DNA of 63,865 bases, counting the filler, from Octopus bimaculoides (Eukaryota), in assembly GCF_001194135.2 (NCBI RefSeq). It is 5 parts of 5 records of this genome, joined end to end, with 100 filler letters (N's around TTAATTAATTAA, not from the genome) between each part and the next. Parts side by side here need not be neighbours in the genome. Positions count along the whole stretch, not along the records: positions 41,303 to 55,162 come from NC_068981.1; positions 55,263 to 62,374 come from NC_069007.1; positions 62,475 to 63,865 come from NW_026377569.1; 2 more parts are not named here. One strand, given 5' to 3'. The position numbers and the translations under genes are program-made. The notes under the pieces are model-generated. The model was not told the origin of the DNA, searched no databases, and saw nothing but the letters and a program-made list of their open reading frames with translations. Positions within the stretch are counted from its first letter, which is position 1, and each line of letters begins with the position of its first letter. Positions 52,301-63,865 of the stretch are shown piece by piece.

Positions 52301-53134
52301 CCATGATTCGAAACCGGAATCCGGGTTCTTAACGATATCACTACGGAGTGATGTCGTCAGGTTAGTGAGATTTCATTATGTATTTGTTTATATTTAAATA
52401 TCGATTTGTAACCATGCTAGAAGACTATATATTTTTAGGGAGTGAAGAGTTATTATTTTTTTAAATTGACGCCAATGCTATGCTAGTACTGCTAGTACTC
52501 ATTTTAAATATCCTAGAAAGATGAAAAATTATAACTGGACTTTACAGTATATGATTACATGCATTTTATGAACAGCATATTTATATTCATATTTTAATGG
52601 CGGTGTGAGAGATTTTTCAAACATTGAAATATGCAACAAAATAATATTTTCAGAATCATTTGAAAATCTGAGAGAATAATAAAAATGTACCCTTTAGTTT
52701 TTACTTAAGTATTAGTAATATGAATTTTCTTTAAATGATATTCTGCTATATTCTTTAAGTCATAGAAATATAGACAGTTAAAATAACAAAAGATATACGA
52801 TTACTTAACTGTGGTGAGTTTCTGAAATTCCGACCATGAGCTCAACCTTACTGACATCTTTAAAAGCTTCTACGTCTCAATCAAAAATATCAAACTGAAG
52901 CTGTTAATAAATAAGCCTTACAGAATAATCTTGTATATTAGCTCACTCAGTTTCTCTCTCTCTCTCTCTCTCTCCCTCTCTCTCTCTCCCTCACTCTCTC
53001 TCTCCCTCTCTCTCTCTCTCCCCCCTCTCCCCCTTCTCTATGTGTGAGTGTGTATACACACACACAAACACACACACGCACATATATATACACACACATA
53101 CACGCACATATGACACATACATACACACGCACGC

Positions 53135-53192
<58 letters not shown>

Positions 53193-54859
53193 ATGATAAA
53201 ATTGCACTATTCGCAACGTCATAAGATCTAATTAACGAACAAATTCCCAAGTAAAAATGTTGACAATCCCTACACCAAATCTCAGAAGATGTTTTGCAGC
53301 AAGTTCTAATGATTTAGCCGACTGGAAGAGAGATTTCCTAAAATATTTTCCCTTCCGTAAATTGCTATAAATTACCTTATATTTATGGTTTGTTATTTCT
53401 TATTACGTGATATTATTAGCTGTTTCCACGAGGCAGAATATTTTCTGTGGTTTTTAAGGTTGTGGCCTTGCAGAAGACTGCAATGTAACAATGAAATATC
53501 ACAACTTATTTTCACGATTGAATTATGTCGCAATCTAATTTTCTTGCGGCGATAAGACTTAAAGCATAATGTACAACTGTGTTTGACATAAAGGCCCCAG
53601 AACTGTGATATAATGATGGTGGTTCTATGCTCGAGGGCAATTAGATATTATATGGCAACGAGATTTCAGTCAAATGGAGTTCTGTCAATCAATTATACAT
53701 TTTTTAATATATATATATATATATTTGTATATTTAGCGACATTTTTACTATGTCCCGAAGGCTTTGGGAAATAAAATTAATGATATTCTTTGCGCAGAAT
53801 TCCCGGCGACATTTTATAATAAGAAATCAAGGTTTTTCCATTGTTTCCTTATGCGTTACAAAGCAAAAATAAATAAGTCAGAACAAGCAAGTACAAGAAA
53901 ATTAAAAAAGTAAACAGACAAATTATTTTCAAGCTTCGGGCTATAAAGGAAAAGTCATTTAAAAAACTGATCTTTTCTCGCACCACAGCATAAATCCGGA
54001 CGGAAATACACATACAAATATGCTGCATGGACACGCAAATAAACTAGTTTGTGAAGCTGACTCATTCGCCGCACTGGTTTAGAGATCTTTCACCAAATTT
54101 AGGGATTTTACTTAATTTGAAGGATACCTGATTGTAATTTTCTAATTAAGTCGCAATATAATTACATGAGGTGTGACTCAGTAATAATTGAATTTTGACG
54201 CTAGAAACATGTCAGTAATGTATCACCAACTGGACTTTAAGGAGTCACTCTAAATCTATCTAAATCTCTTCGTTAGCTTGACTTACCGGCATGCCAGTAG
54301 AAAGTTTTAAAATAATGCACTGGTTGCGGGTATTATAAGTGAATGCACATACATCTTGTAGAAAACATAAAGTTTGTTGTAGTGTAAGGAAGAAAGAAAA
54401 AGAAGAAAGAAAGAATTAAAGAAAGCGGTTGAAGGAAGCAGATATGAAAATAATATAAAGAGAATTTAGTGAGATTGGAATTAGAAATGAGTTATATGGA
54501 AACAAAGAAAACCTAAATGAAATGGGAAAATGCACAACGAAACAAATAAGAATGGAAAGAAAATAATTTCTTTTATACAAAGAGTTTAATAGTGCAAACC
54601 ATTTCCGTTAATTTTGTACAATTTAAGATACACGGTATTGGAGCTTTGGAGACATATTGATTCGAAGACGAATACAATGAAAAAGAATCAGCTGTCTTAT
54701 TTTTTTCTGTATGAGTCTATTCTATATTTAAGTTAGAGCGACACTTGACAATCACATAGTATGTAAGCATTTGTGTGCATGTATGTATGTATGTATGTAT
54801 GTATGTATGTACACACCCATACATATATATATATATATACATATTTACAGACATTTTGT

Positions 54860-55050
54860 TGGATGGTCGTTGACTGCTCAGGAGTTCATCCGCCCTTTGA
54901 CAGGTCTTATTTTTCGTCCTGCAGGGTGTCCAACAACACCCTCCTCACCAAGCAAGCCTGGTGGGGTTGCCAGTTTAGTCGCCGACGACCCGACCATGCA
55001 ACAGGTTGTACTGGATTACATGTTACCAGTAGCACTGAAGAACGACCTAA
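54860..55050 (-). mobile_element. GC-rich interspersed repeat, possibly the 5' UTR of an RTE-type LINE
   Basis: Minus strand ggcgactaaactggcaacccc...ggtgaggagggtgtt...aaaataagacctgtcaaagggcgg resembles RTE leaders recalled from memory; no ORF here. Confidence 0.4.
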
Positions 55051-56056
55051 ATTCTCTTTATATTATTTTCATATCTGCTTCCTTCAACCGCTTTCTTTAA
55101 TTCTTTCTTTCTTCTTTTTCTTTCTTCCTTACACTACAACAAACTTTATGTTTTCTACAAGANNNNNNNNNNNNNNNNNNNNNNNNNNNNNNNNNNNNNN
55201 NNNNNNTTAATTAATTAANNNNNNNNNNNNNNNNNNNNNNNNNNNNNNNNNNNNNNNNNNNNATATATGCACACATAATACATATATGTATGCACAAATA
55301 TATTTCATACTTTCATACATACATACGCGTACATACATACATGCATGTATGCATACATGAATGCATACATGGATACAGACACACATACATATGTACATCC
55401 ATACGTATATTCATACATACATTCATACATACATACATACATACATACATACATACATACATACATAAAATCTTGAAATAAAACTGCATAACATACATAT
55501 ACAGGTTACTCACACACTGTTCAACATGAAGCGTTAACAACTCGATAGAAACAGTATAGAAATCCGTTGTTAATAACATCTAAATGCCTGTGAAATATTA
55601 ATAATTAATTATAATTTATTATAATTAACTTCCAGACGGTTTAACTGATTAGAGATAGCTGCAGTGGTTTAAAGAGGTTAACTATGAGTGATGTCTTGGA
55701 GAATTAATGTCTGTCGCAGCTGTGAGAATATTTGCTCTTTATTAGAGAGAAGATACCATAGCGGAGTTCAATTATATTTGACAATTCTTCTGAGTTTATC
55801 CATTCATCATTCATACGTACATACATACGCATATACATAGAAACACACACATACGTACATGTAAATGCGTACTCAACTGTCGGCGGAGTAGTAAAGACAT
55901 GCAAGTTGAAAATGCGACATTGTTTTTGTCATCTGCATTCAAACAATGAAATTTTGTATCTTTCTTTGAAATCAGGTCTTTTCTCAAAGGAAGAATCTTA
56001 AATAATTGAAAGTGAAACAGAAAGTACATACATACATACATACATACATACTTACA

Positions 56057-56438
56057 TTGTTGGCACTCCGTCGCTTACGACGTCGTGGGTTCCAGTTGAT
56101 CCGATCAACGGAACAGCCTGCTCGTGAAATTAACGTGCAAGTGGCTGAGCACTCCACAGACACGTGTACCCTTAACGTAGTTCCCGGGGATATTCAGCAT
56201 GACACAGTGTGACAAGGCTGACCCTTTTGAATTACAGGCACAACAGAAACAGGAAGAAAGAGTGAGAGAAAGTTGTGGTGAAAGAGTACAGCAGGGTTCG
56301 CCACCATCCCCTGCCGTAGCCTCGTGGAGCTTTAGGTGTTTTCGCTCAATAAACACTCACAACGCCCGGTCTGGGAATCGAAACCGCGATCCTATGACCG
56401 CGAGTCCGCTGCCCTAACCACTGGGCCATTGCGCCTCC
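56057..56438 (-). mobile_element. SINE family A, full length, inserted in (TACA)n
   Basis: Near-identical to 16655-17041 and to the reverse complement of 40305-40683; TACA repeats on both sides. Confidence 0.94.
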
Positions 56439-56514
56439 ATACATACATACATACATACATACATACATACATACACGAGGCACGAGAGGAGGAACAGTAA
56501 ACATCACGGAAGCT

Positions 56515-56782
56515 CCTCCACGAGAAGACATAGACTCCCTCTGGAGGAAAATCTGGAATGAAGGAAAGGAATTTAATCTTGATGCTCTATGGCTGGAAGA
56601 AATCCATAAAAGTTATTGCTCCGGCGTTACATCCATGACATACAACATTGATGATGAAAATCTTGCAACTGGGGTTCAGAAACTCCAGGATGGAAAAGCA
56701 CCTGGAAAAGACTTGATTGTTGAATATTGGTACAAGAAGCTAACATTCTACCGACTATTTCTTATCAATCTGTACCAGCAAG
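56515..56782 (+). mobile_element. R4/Dong-like LINE pre-RT fragment
   Basis: PREDIDSLWRKIWNE...WLEEI...KLQDGKAPGKDLIVEYWYKKL. Confidence 0.75.
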
Positions 56783-56789
56783 TTTTTAT

Positions 56790-57020
56790 ATATTTGTGTG
56801 TGTTTTTGTGTCTGTGTTTGTCCCCCATCACTGCTTGACAACTGGTGCTGGTGTGTTTACGTCCCTCGTAACTTTGCGGTTTGGCAAAATAAACCGATAG
56901 AATAAGTATTGGGCTTTGAAAAAAAGTCAGTCTTGGGGTTGATTTGTTTGACAAAACCCCTACAAGGCGGTGCTCTAGTATGGCCGTAGTCAAATGGCTA
57001 AAACAAGAAAAAGAAAGAAG
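56790..57020 (+). mobile_element. SINE family C, 3' part
   Basis: Parallels 1262-1490. Confidence 0.85.
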
Positions 57021-57041
57021 AGAAAAAAGAGTGATAGATAA

Positions 57042-57078
<37 letters not shown>

Positions 57079-57099
57079 CAGACAGACAGACAGACAGAC

Positions 57100-57143
<44 letters not shown>

Positions 57144-58139
57144 TGATCGATTGATGATACATATATACATGCATATATGCATATACACAAATATACATAT
57201 ATGCATACATGGATAATTATATACATATATTTATATCTATATGCACACACATACACACACAAACACACGCATACATATATACTTACACACATACACATTC
57301 ACTCAAACAGGCATTTATATACCTTGATGCGCGCGCGTGTGTGTGTAGGTGTACTAATTTTTGTTTTGCATGTGAATACACTTCCTCGGCTGTTTGTGAT
57401 AAACTAAATAATTCTAAATTTAAAACATAACAGCAAAGATAGCATTTATTTTGTATATCTCTATTTAAACCACTGGAAACGTCATGACTACTAAATAATC
57501 TACGTAGGTGTCAGAATTAATAGCTTCTCTTCAACTTTTTTTAATCCATCTCTAAATCCGTATCCGAATTCAGTCTTTGAAGGACGCTCTTTTACGTAAA
57601 ACTTTTGGTATATCACCAGAATGCAAGTCTTTTATGAAATTACCTTTCTTGAGACGGACAGCTAAAGAAGTGAACGACCTCTTCTGCCCAAGGATTACTG
57701 CAATCTACTGTTACTTCGTTTGCGGCACGCTGTTGGTTCGTGGTAGTCAGGTTAGTTGTCGAGTGTCCTACATTTTACGTTATCTATGTCGTGTCAGCTG
57801 CTTTTTGTATCCTATTTTTTCCAAACTAAAAAGGAAGTGCAATTATTCTGGCTGAAAAAAAATTAAATGTTATAATCGCCTATAATTAGAACGTTGTCTT
57901 GGTTACTTTGTGCGTGGCGGCCATACGAAGGTGTGTCTTTAATCTTTATAGCACGTGAAGTACTTAGACACAAAGCATTATGTCAAGTTGAGGTATGTAA
58001 TGGAACCGATTAGTTTTGTAAGTGCATGACAATAATTGCGGTGTATTTGGGTTTAATTTGACAGTTTGCATAAACGGAAATTAAATCACAATATGCCATC
58101 CAATAATAATAATTTTTTTTTTTTATTATAAAATATCAA

Positions 58140-58290
58140 CTAGATTATGGCTGGAAGATAACGGTTTACTCAAAGTAGCCGCCCTTAGTTTTCTCCATGA
58201 CCTCAAGATGGCTTTAGAAGTTAGCGCATGCGTTCTGTATTGTGTCCCAGAGAAAAATCTTCAAACACCTTCTCTGATGAATTCTCAGTT
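58140..58290 (-). mobile_element. 3' end of a maT/DD37D-like Tc1-mariner transposase
   Basis: Minus strand IQNACANF..HLEVMEKTKGGYFE-stop resembles the C..FR.RLEAVI.A.GGYFE terminus. Confidence 0.5.
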
Positions 58291-58559
58291 TTGAGCAAAC
58301 ACATTTTTTTATAATCGTATTTATGTGTATTTTATATCGATATTTATGTGTATTTTATATCGATATTTATTATAATGGTAATGTCGATATTTATTGCTCT
58401 TTAAATAGGAATTTATTAACAATAAGAATTTTACATTTTATGGCAGTTGTGGCGAAGGAAGAACAAAAGTGGGTATAATCTTTCCCTTATTAAAAAACAT
58501 ATGTTGTTCATATAGTACACGGAGGTAGAGTAACTGTTCCTCTTCACAAAGGTGAGCGT

Positions 58560-58975
58560 ATTATTCGACATAGTCTCCATCTCCAGTGATGTATTTGTGT
58601 TTTTGTGCCATCGTTAAACCCAACCATCGAATCTTCTTTGCACCGTTGTATCGACGACTTCATCACCACCTTCGGCCTCGTTGAATAACTGACCTCAGCC
58701 AGTCAGGATTCCCAACGCCGGTTGTACTCCTTGTGCTACTCATTCCTTCGATCGCTGAAAGCAAAGCATGGCCCGCGAGACATGCGATCGGGCGATTTTT
58801 AACTGAGTCACCATCTCACCTTTGTACGCAAACCCGTCACAAGGTAACCCATTTACAGCTGAATAGACGGGAGTAAAGTAAAATGAAGTGTCTTGCTCAA
58901 GAACACAATGCATTGCTTGCCTGGAAATCGAAACCATCATCTCGTGATCGTGAATGCAACACCTTCACGAGCCTT
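58560..58975 (-). mobile_element. tRNA-derived SINE with CORE-like centre
   Basis: Head gtgaaggtgttgcattcacgatcacgagatgatggtttcgatttcc, then tgtgttcttgagcaagacacttcatt (CORE-like). Confidence 0.6.
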
Positions 58976-58984
58976 AATGAAAAC

Positions 58985-59880
58985 ACGTGAAATCCTTCAC
59001 AGCCATTTTCACCTAGCCTCTGTTATCAAAATCGCTGTCTCCAAAAAATGTCCTTCATTAGAGCAACCAGGAGAAAATTGGATGGCACAAGACCCGAGCT
59101 GTAGGGTAGATGGGGTACCATTGACCAGTCCAATATCCCGATTGTGTGGTCAAGCATTTTTATGGTGGATTTGGTTTGTTTTCTGATTCTTGTTCGGTCT
59201 CTTTCCCCCTTATATCTTCTCTAAACTTCTCTTTTTTTAGTGTCTCAATGTACCGATTACTGTTCACGGTACAGACACCTTCAAGAAAATTAAACGATAC
59301 CTGTTTTGGTCCCATAAAATTATCACCATGCCTTTCTGTGCCTATCGCTGGTTTTTGAAATTATAAATTATTACTCTTTTGAAAAGAGGATTGACGCCAT
59401 TCCTTTGACAAAGCATTGGCTCCCGAATAATAAATAATCGACCACGTTTCTTCCTCTGTTAGGAGATCGGAGAAAGCGTGCTTTCATCGGCTTCAAACGC
59501 TTTCAGGAGACAGAAACAGACTCCCACCATTATCTTCTTCAAATCGATTACTAACTGCCGAGATACCCTTTTCACACATTTTTCCGATACCCAAGGTCTT
59601 CCACAATATTCTGAAATGCATTGTGACCACATTCCATTTGTGTAGCAAAGCTCACGGCTTGTCACTAGTCTGTCCGCGTGAATTAATTCGTCCACTCGCA
59701 GGCAATTCCTGTCATTGATCGCCGTTGAGGATCTCCTCTAGCATGGTTTGTCTTCAATGATATTATTCCTTTCATTAAACTTCTCCATTCATCTGTGCAC
59801 ATTGCTCACGTCAATGGCATTATCTCTGCAAGCAACTTGTGGCCTTCTGAGAATATTAGCCAGCCTTTCCTCCTGTATTG
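58985..59880 (-). mobile_element. Degenerate mariner transposase
   Basis: VDELIHADRLVTSREL, RVSRQL, EETW, GMVIILWDQ, VNSNRYIETL and VPHLPYSSGLVPSNF (HPPYSPDLAPSDF-like) in order; left boundary approximate. Confidence 0.85.
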
Positions 59881-59884
59881 TAAG

Positions 59885-60150
59885 GTGAAGGCAAATAGCC
59901 TAGTGGTTAGAACTTAGTGGTTAGAGTTCGATTCCCGGCAGTGCGTTGTGTCCTTTTATTTTTCCGTTGTTCCAGTTCACTCAGCTGGCAAAAAATGAGT
60001 ATTACTTGTAATTCAAAGGGACCAGCCTCGTCACACTGAATCCCTCTGAGAACTACGTTAAGGGTACACGTGTCTCTGGAGCACTCAGCTACTTGCACGC
60101 TGACGAGCAGGCTGTTCCGTTAATCGTAACCAGACGGAGTGCCAGTTAAT
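59885..60150 (+). mobile_element. SINE with a different head and centre but the family A 3' region
   Basis: gcctagtggttag..gttcgattcccgg head; gagaactacgttaagggtacacgtgtctctggagcactcagc...gagcaggctgttccgtt...gacggagtgcca tail. Confidence 0.75.
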
Positions 60151-60599
60151 TGCTAAGAACTCAATGACTACACACTGTTTCAGTTTGGAACGAACCCATT
60201 ATTTGCCTACGATGAAAAACAACGGGAAGAATAATTACTGCATTATTAGTCATTCCTAGATATACAGTTTCAACAAAGAGTGAGTCATTTAAAACAAAAA
60301 TTAAACCCAGTTTTGCCTTACTCTCGGATCAAACCTAGTTTATTTGAGATCGAGACGTAGATAAACGGGTGGGAAGTAAAAGAGACAGTTATTACAAAAC
60401 ATGAGATGTAAAATTGACAGTAGTTGAAGAGAGGATTGTATGTGTGTCTGTGTGTCTTGAGTGGGTATGTATGTGTGTTTCACAGCGTAATAAAATGATA
60501 ATTGTCATTATAATCAGTCGGTGTCACGTTGAGAGAATATTATTAAAGATGGTATCGTGATAAAATGTTGCCTCTTAAGTTGACACCTATAAATATACA

Positions 60600-60639
<40 letters not shown>

Positions 60640-61611
60640 NNNNNNNNNNNNNNNNNNNNNNNNNNNNNNNNNNNNNNNNNNNNNNNNNNNNNNNNNNNNN
60701 NNNNNNNNNNNNNNNNNNNNNNNNNNNNNNNNNNNNNNNNNNNNNNNNNNNNNNNNNNNNNNNNNNNNNNNNNNNNNNNNNNNNNNNNNNNNNNNNNNNN
60801 NNNNNNNNNNNNNNNNNNNNNNNNNNNNNNNNNNNNNNNNNNNNNNNNNNNNNNNNNNNNNNNNNNNNNNNNNNNNNNNNNNNNNNNNNNNNNNNNNNNN
60901 NNNNNNNNNNNNNNNNNNNNNNNNNNNNNNNNNNNNNNNNNNNNNNNNNNNNNNNNNNNNNNNNNNNNNNNNNNNNNNNNNNNNNNNNNNNNNNNNNNNN
61001 NNNNNNNNNNNNNNNNNNNNNNNNNNNNNNNNNNNNNNNNNNNNNNNNNNNNNNNNNNNNNNNNNNNNNNNNNNNNNNNNNNNNNNNNNNNNNNNNNNNN
61101 NNNNNNNNNNNNNNNNNNNNNNNNNNNNNNNNNNNNNNNNNAAAAAAAAAAAAAAAAAAAAAAAATACGTAATTGTAAACTCCGATCACGAATCCAATCA
61201 TATTATAGCATCTGGAAAACATAAAATATTGTTATTAACATAAAATAAATATCAATACAATAATTATACATCGTTTTGTAGCTGCCTTGTACATATACTT
61301 ACGAGACATTATTTGATATCCACTTTTACTACGTCTTCTTTACACATCACTCACAATATTAAGAGCTTCTCTTATCATTTAGACAAGAAATTTATTCATT
61401 ATTAAGACATATATAGATGTTTTGCAAGCAGCTTGCTTATGCAAGGGCTACCAGTCGAGAACTCCGCATACCGGAAGCCAGTAACTGTATGGGGCCATCA
61501 GGAGAGAGTGTGCGCCGTTTTGGGGCCTAGTAATGCATAATTACGGTGGAAGACATTCAGGCAATAAATTAATTATTAAAAAAAAAAAAATTTTTTTTAA
61601 AAACCAAATAG

Positions 61612-61785
61612 TTATTACTCTTTTACTCTTTGACTTGTTTCAGTCATTTGATTACAGCCATGCTGGAGCACCGCCTTTAGTCGAAGAAATCGGCCCCGAG
61701 ACTTATTCTTTGTAAGCCTAGTACTTATTCTATCGGTCTCTTTTGCCGAACCGTTAAGTTACGGGGACGTAAACACACCACCATG
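61612..61785 (-). mobile_element. SINE family C, 3' part
   Basis: Reverse complement of 1320-1480. Confidence 0.9.
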
Positions 61786-62331
61786 TACGTATATGTATAT
61801 GTGCAATGTTCACACACACATATGAATATTTCAGCTCTCTGTAAAACACTTCATTCTACTCCGCTAATTAATTAATGCTTTATAAAAACAATAATTATTA
61901 GATAATTAATCAATAAATCTTACGCATTAAATATAATGCCAACGATTGATAACTGCCAAATACTTTACTGGAGACAATATCTATCGAAACATCCACTTCA
62001 CTTACACCTTTCCAACGAAATATGAAATGGTTTTAATTTTTAGCAATCAAATATCGATTCATTGCTTTTAATAATCTTTTGAAACGCACTAAAGCCTAAC
62101 CAACCGTTGTGGGATTTTTATTTAACTGACAGATATTACTGAAAATTATAAAGCGTGATGGTGCTCACAACCTTCCCCAGCCTTACACTTCTGTTTTCTT
62201 TCCTCCAATGGGAATGAATATATATACATAGCAAGTGTGAGGGGAGATAGGGGTGAGAGATAAGTAGATAGACTGACAGACAGACAATCAAATGACCGAA
62301 GCTAATAAAAGAATAACAGATTATGTGTGTG

Positions 62332-62374
<43 letters not shown>

Positions 62375-62474
62375 NNNNNNNNNNNNNNNNNNNNNNNNNN
62401 NNNNNNNNNNNNNNNNNNTTAATTAATTAANNNNNNNNNNNNNNNNNNNNNNNNNNNNNNNNNNNNNNNNNNNN

Positions 62475-63865
62475 TTGATGAAAACATTATATTTATCAAA
62501 GAGTTCACCGAAGTCACAAACTTTGTCACAAAACACAAATTCATAAAATATTACAAATAAGCATGAAAAACAAACAAAATTTAAAAATGCTTATTTCGTG
62601 ATTTCCAGTCGTTTAATCACAGTTTTAGATTGTTTTCAATTTTGCAAAAAGCACTTTTCATTTTGAAGTCTGGTGGGTCGGCAATATGGTTGTCGAAAAC
62701 ATTATATTTATCAAAGAGTACATCGAAGTTACAACAGTTTTCAGAAAACACAAACTCACAAAATTTGGCAAATAACCATAGAAAGCCAACAAAGCTTGAA
62801 AATGCATATTTCGTGATTTCCAGTCGATTTTAGACACTTTTAGGTAATTTTCATTTTTGCAAAACTACTATTCATTTTGAAGTTAAGATGGTTAATATAA
62901 GTTAGATAGGTGTGGAAAACATTATATTTATCAAAGAGTTCATCGAAGTGACAACCGTGTTCAAAATACACAAACTCACAAAATTTTGCAAATAACCATG
63001 AAAAACCAAGAAAACTTGAAAATGCATATTTCGTGATTTCCAGTCGATTTCAGACATTTTAGTTAGTTAACATTTTTGCAAAAAGCACTTTTCATGTTGA
63101 AGACTAGTAGGTTAATATAGATTAGATGGTTAATCAAAACATCATATTTATCAAAGTGTTCATCGAAGGCACAACCGTTTTCAGAAAACATAAACTCACA
63201 AAATTTTGCAACTAACCATAAAAAAGCAACAAAACTTGAAAATGCTTATTTCGTGATTTCCAGTCGATTTTAGACAGTTTTATGTAGTTTTCATATTTGC
63301 AAACCCACTATTCATTTTGAAGTCTATGATGAATATAATCTAGATTGGTGTTGAAAACATTATATTTATCAAAGAGTTCATCGAAGTCACAACCGTGTTC
63401 AGATAATACAAAAACACAAAATTTGGCAAATAACCATGAAAAACCAACAAGACTTGAAAATGCTTATTTCGTGATTTCCAGTCGATTTCAGACATTCTAG
63501 TTAGTTTACATTTTCGCTTTAATGTAGTTTTCATATTTGCAAAACCACTATTCATTTTGAAGTCTAGATGGTTAATATAAGATAGATAGGCGTTGAAAAC
63601 ATTATATTTATCAAAGAGTTCATCGAAGTCACAACCGTTTTCAGAAAACACAAACTCACCAAATTTTGCAAATAACCATGAAGATCCAACAAAACATGAA
63701 AATGCTTATTTCGTGATTTCCAGACGATTTTAGACAATTTTAGGTAGTTTTCATTATTGCAAAACCATTATTCATTTTGAAGTCTAGATGGTTAATATTA
63801 GCGAGATGGGTATTCAAAACATTATATTTATCAAAGTGTTCATCGAAGTCACAACCGTTTTCAGA
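62475..63865. repeat. ~220-bp satellite, at least 6.3 monomers, running off the window end
   Basis: Anchor ATTATATTTATCAAAG at 62486, 62701, 62921, 63141, 63359, 63601 and 63821 (spacings 215, 220, 220, 218, 242, 220). Confidence 0.97.

Noticed and set aside
54930-54975. HDV-like ribozyme suggested by CCCTCCTCAC in the RTE-like leader
   Set aside because: I could not form P3 or P1 pairings around the L3-like motif on either strand.
12800-56438. tRNA genes at the box A/box B motifs
   Set aside because: They continue into shared SINE bodies and show no CCA-proximal acceptor stem closure; they are tRNA-derived SINE heads.
601-61243. Long ORFs in the track containing X runs (e.g. 9248-10384, 31535-32776, 60565-61224)
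   Set aside because: They are open only because N-gaps contain no stops; the flanks are dinucleotide microsatellites.
29959-62430. Recurrent palindrome TTAATTAATTAA as a biological motif
   Set aside because: Always embedded in N runs; it is an assembly spacer.
62475-63865. CRISPR array or CENP-B box in the terminal repeat
   Set aside because: The whole 220-bp unit repeats with no unique spacers and no cas genes; TTCGTGATTTCCAGTCG does not fit the CENP-B box consensus.

Overview
AT-rich eukaryotic genomic DNA from a gappy draft assembly, with many N-gaps flanked by microsatellites and four artificial TTAATTAATTAA spacers. The SINE families look cephalopod, probably Octopus; this is recognition from memory, not a database result. 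Most of the window is transposon debris: several tRNA-derived SINE families, an RTE LINE fragment, R4/Dong-type LINEs sitting in (TAA)n, a Penelope-like GIY-YIG fragment, three mariners, a maT-like end, a full-length Tc1 relic with long TIRs, a MITE, and a ~220-bp satellite array at the right end. No long intact ORF, rRNA, true tRNA gene or CRISPR is present. Two signals stand out. (1) A chain of non-repetitive candidate exons on the + strand (10631/10694-10738, 17179-17328, 22463-22566, 25836-25879) encodes a small protein with a beta-trefoil-like (IL-1/FGF-type) strand pattern; one internal junction is unresolved. (2) A cluster of hammerhead-ribozyme-like motifs and foldback structures lies at 6.0-9.2 kb, including a 409-bp palindrome with a hammerhead-like motif in each arm. 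Both are inferences from sequence pattern and need RNA-seq, structure prediction or cleavage assays.
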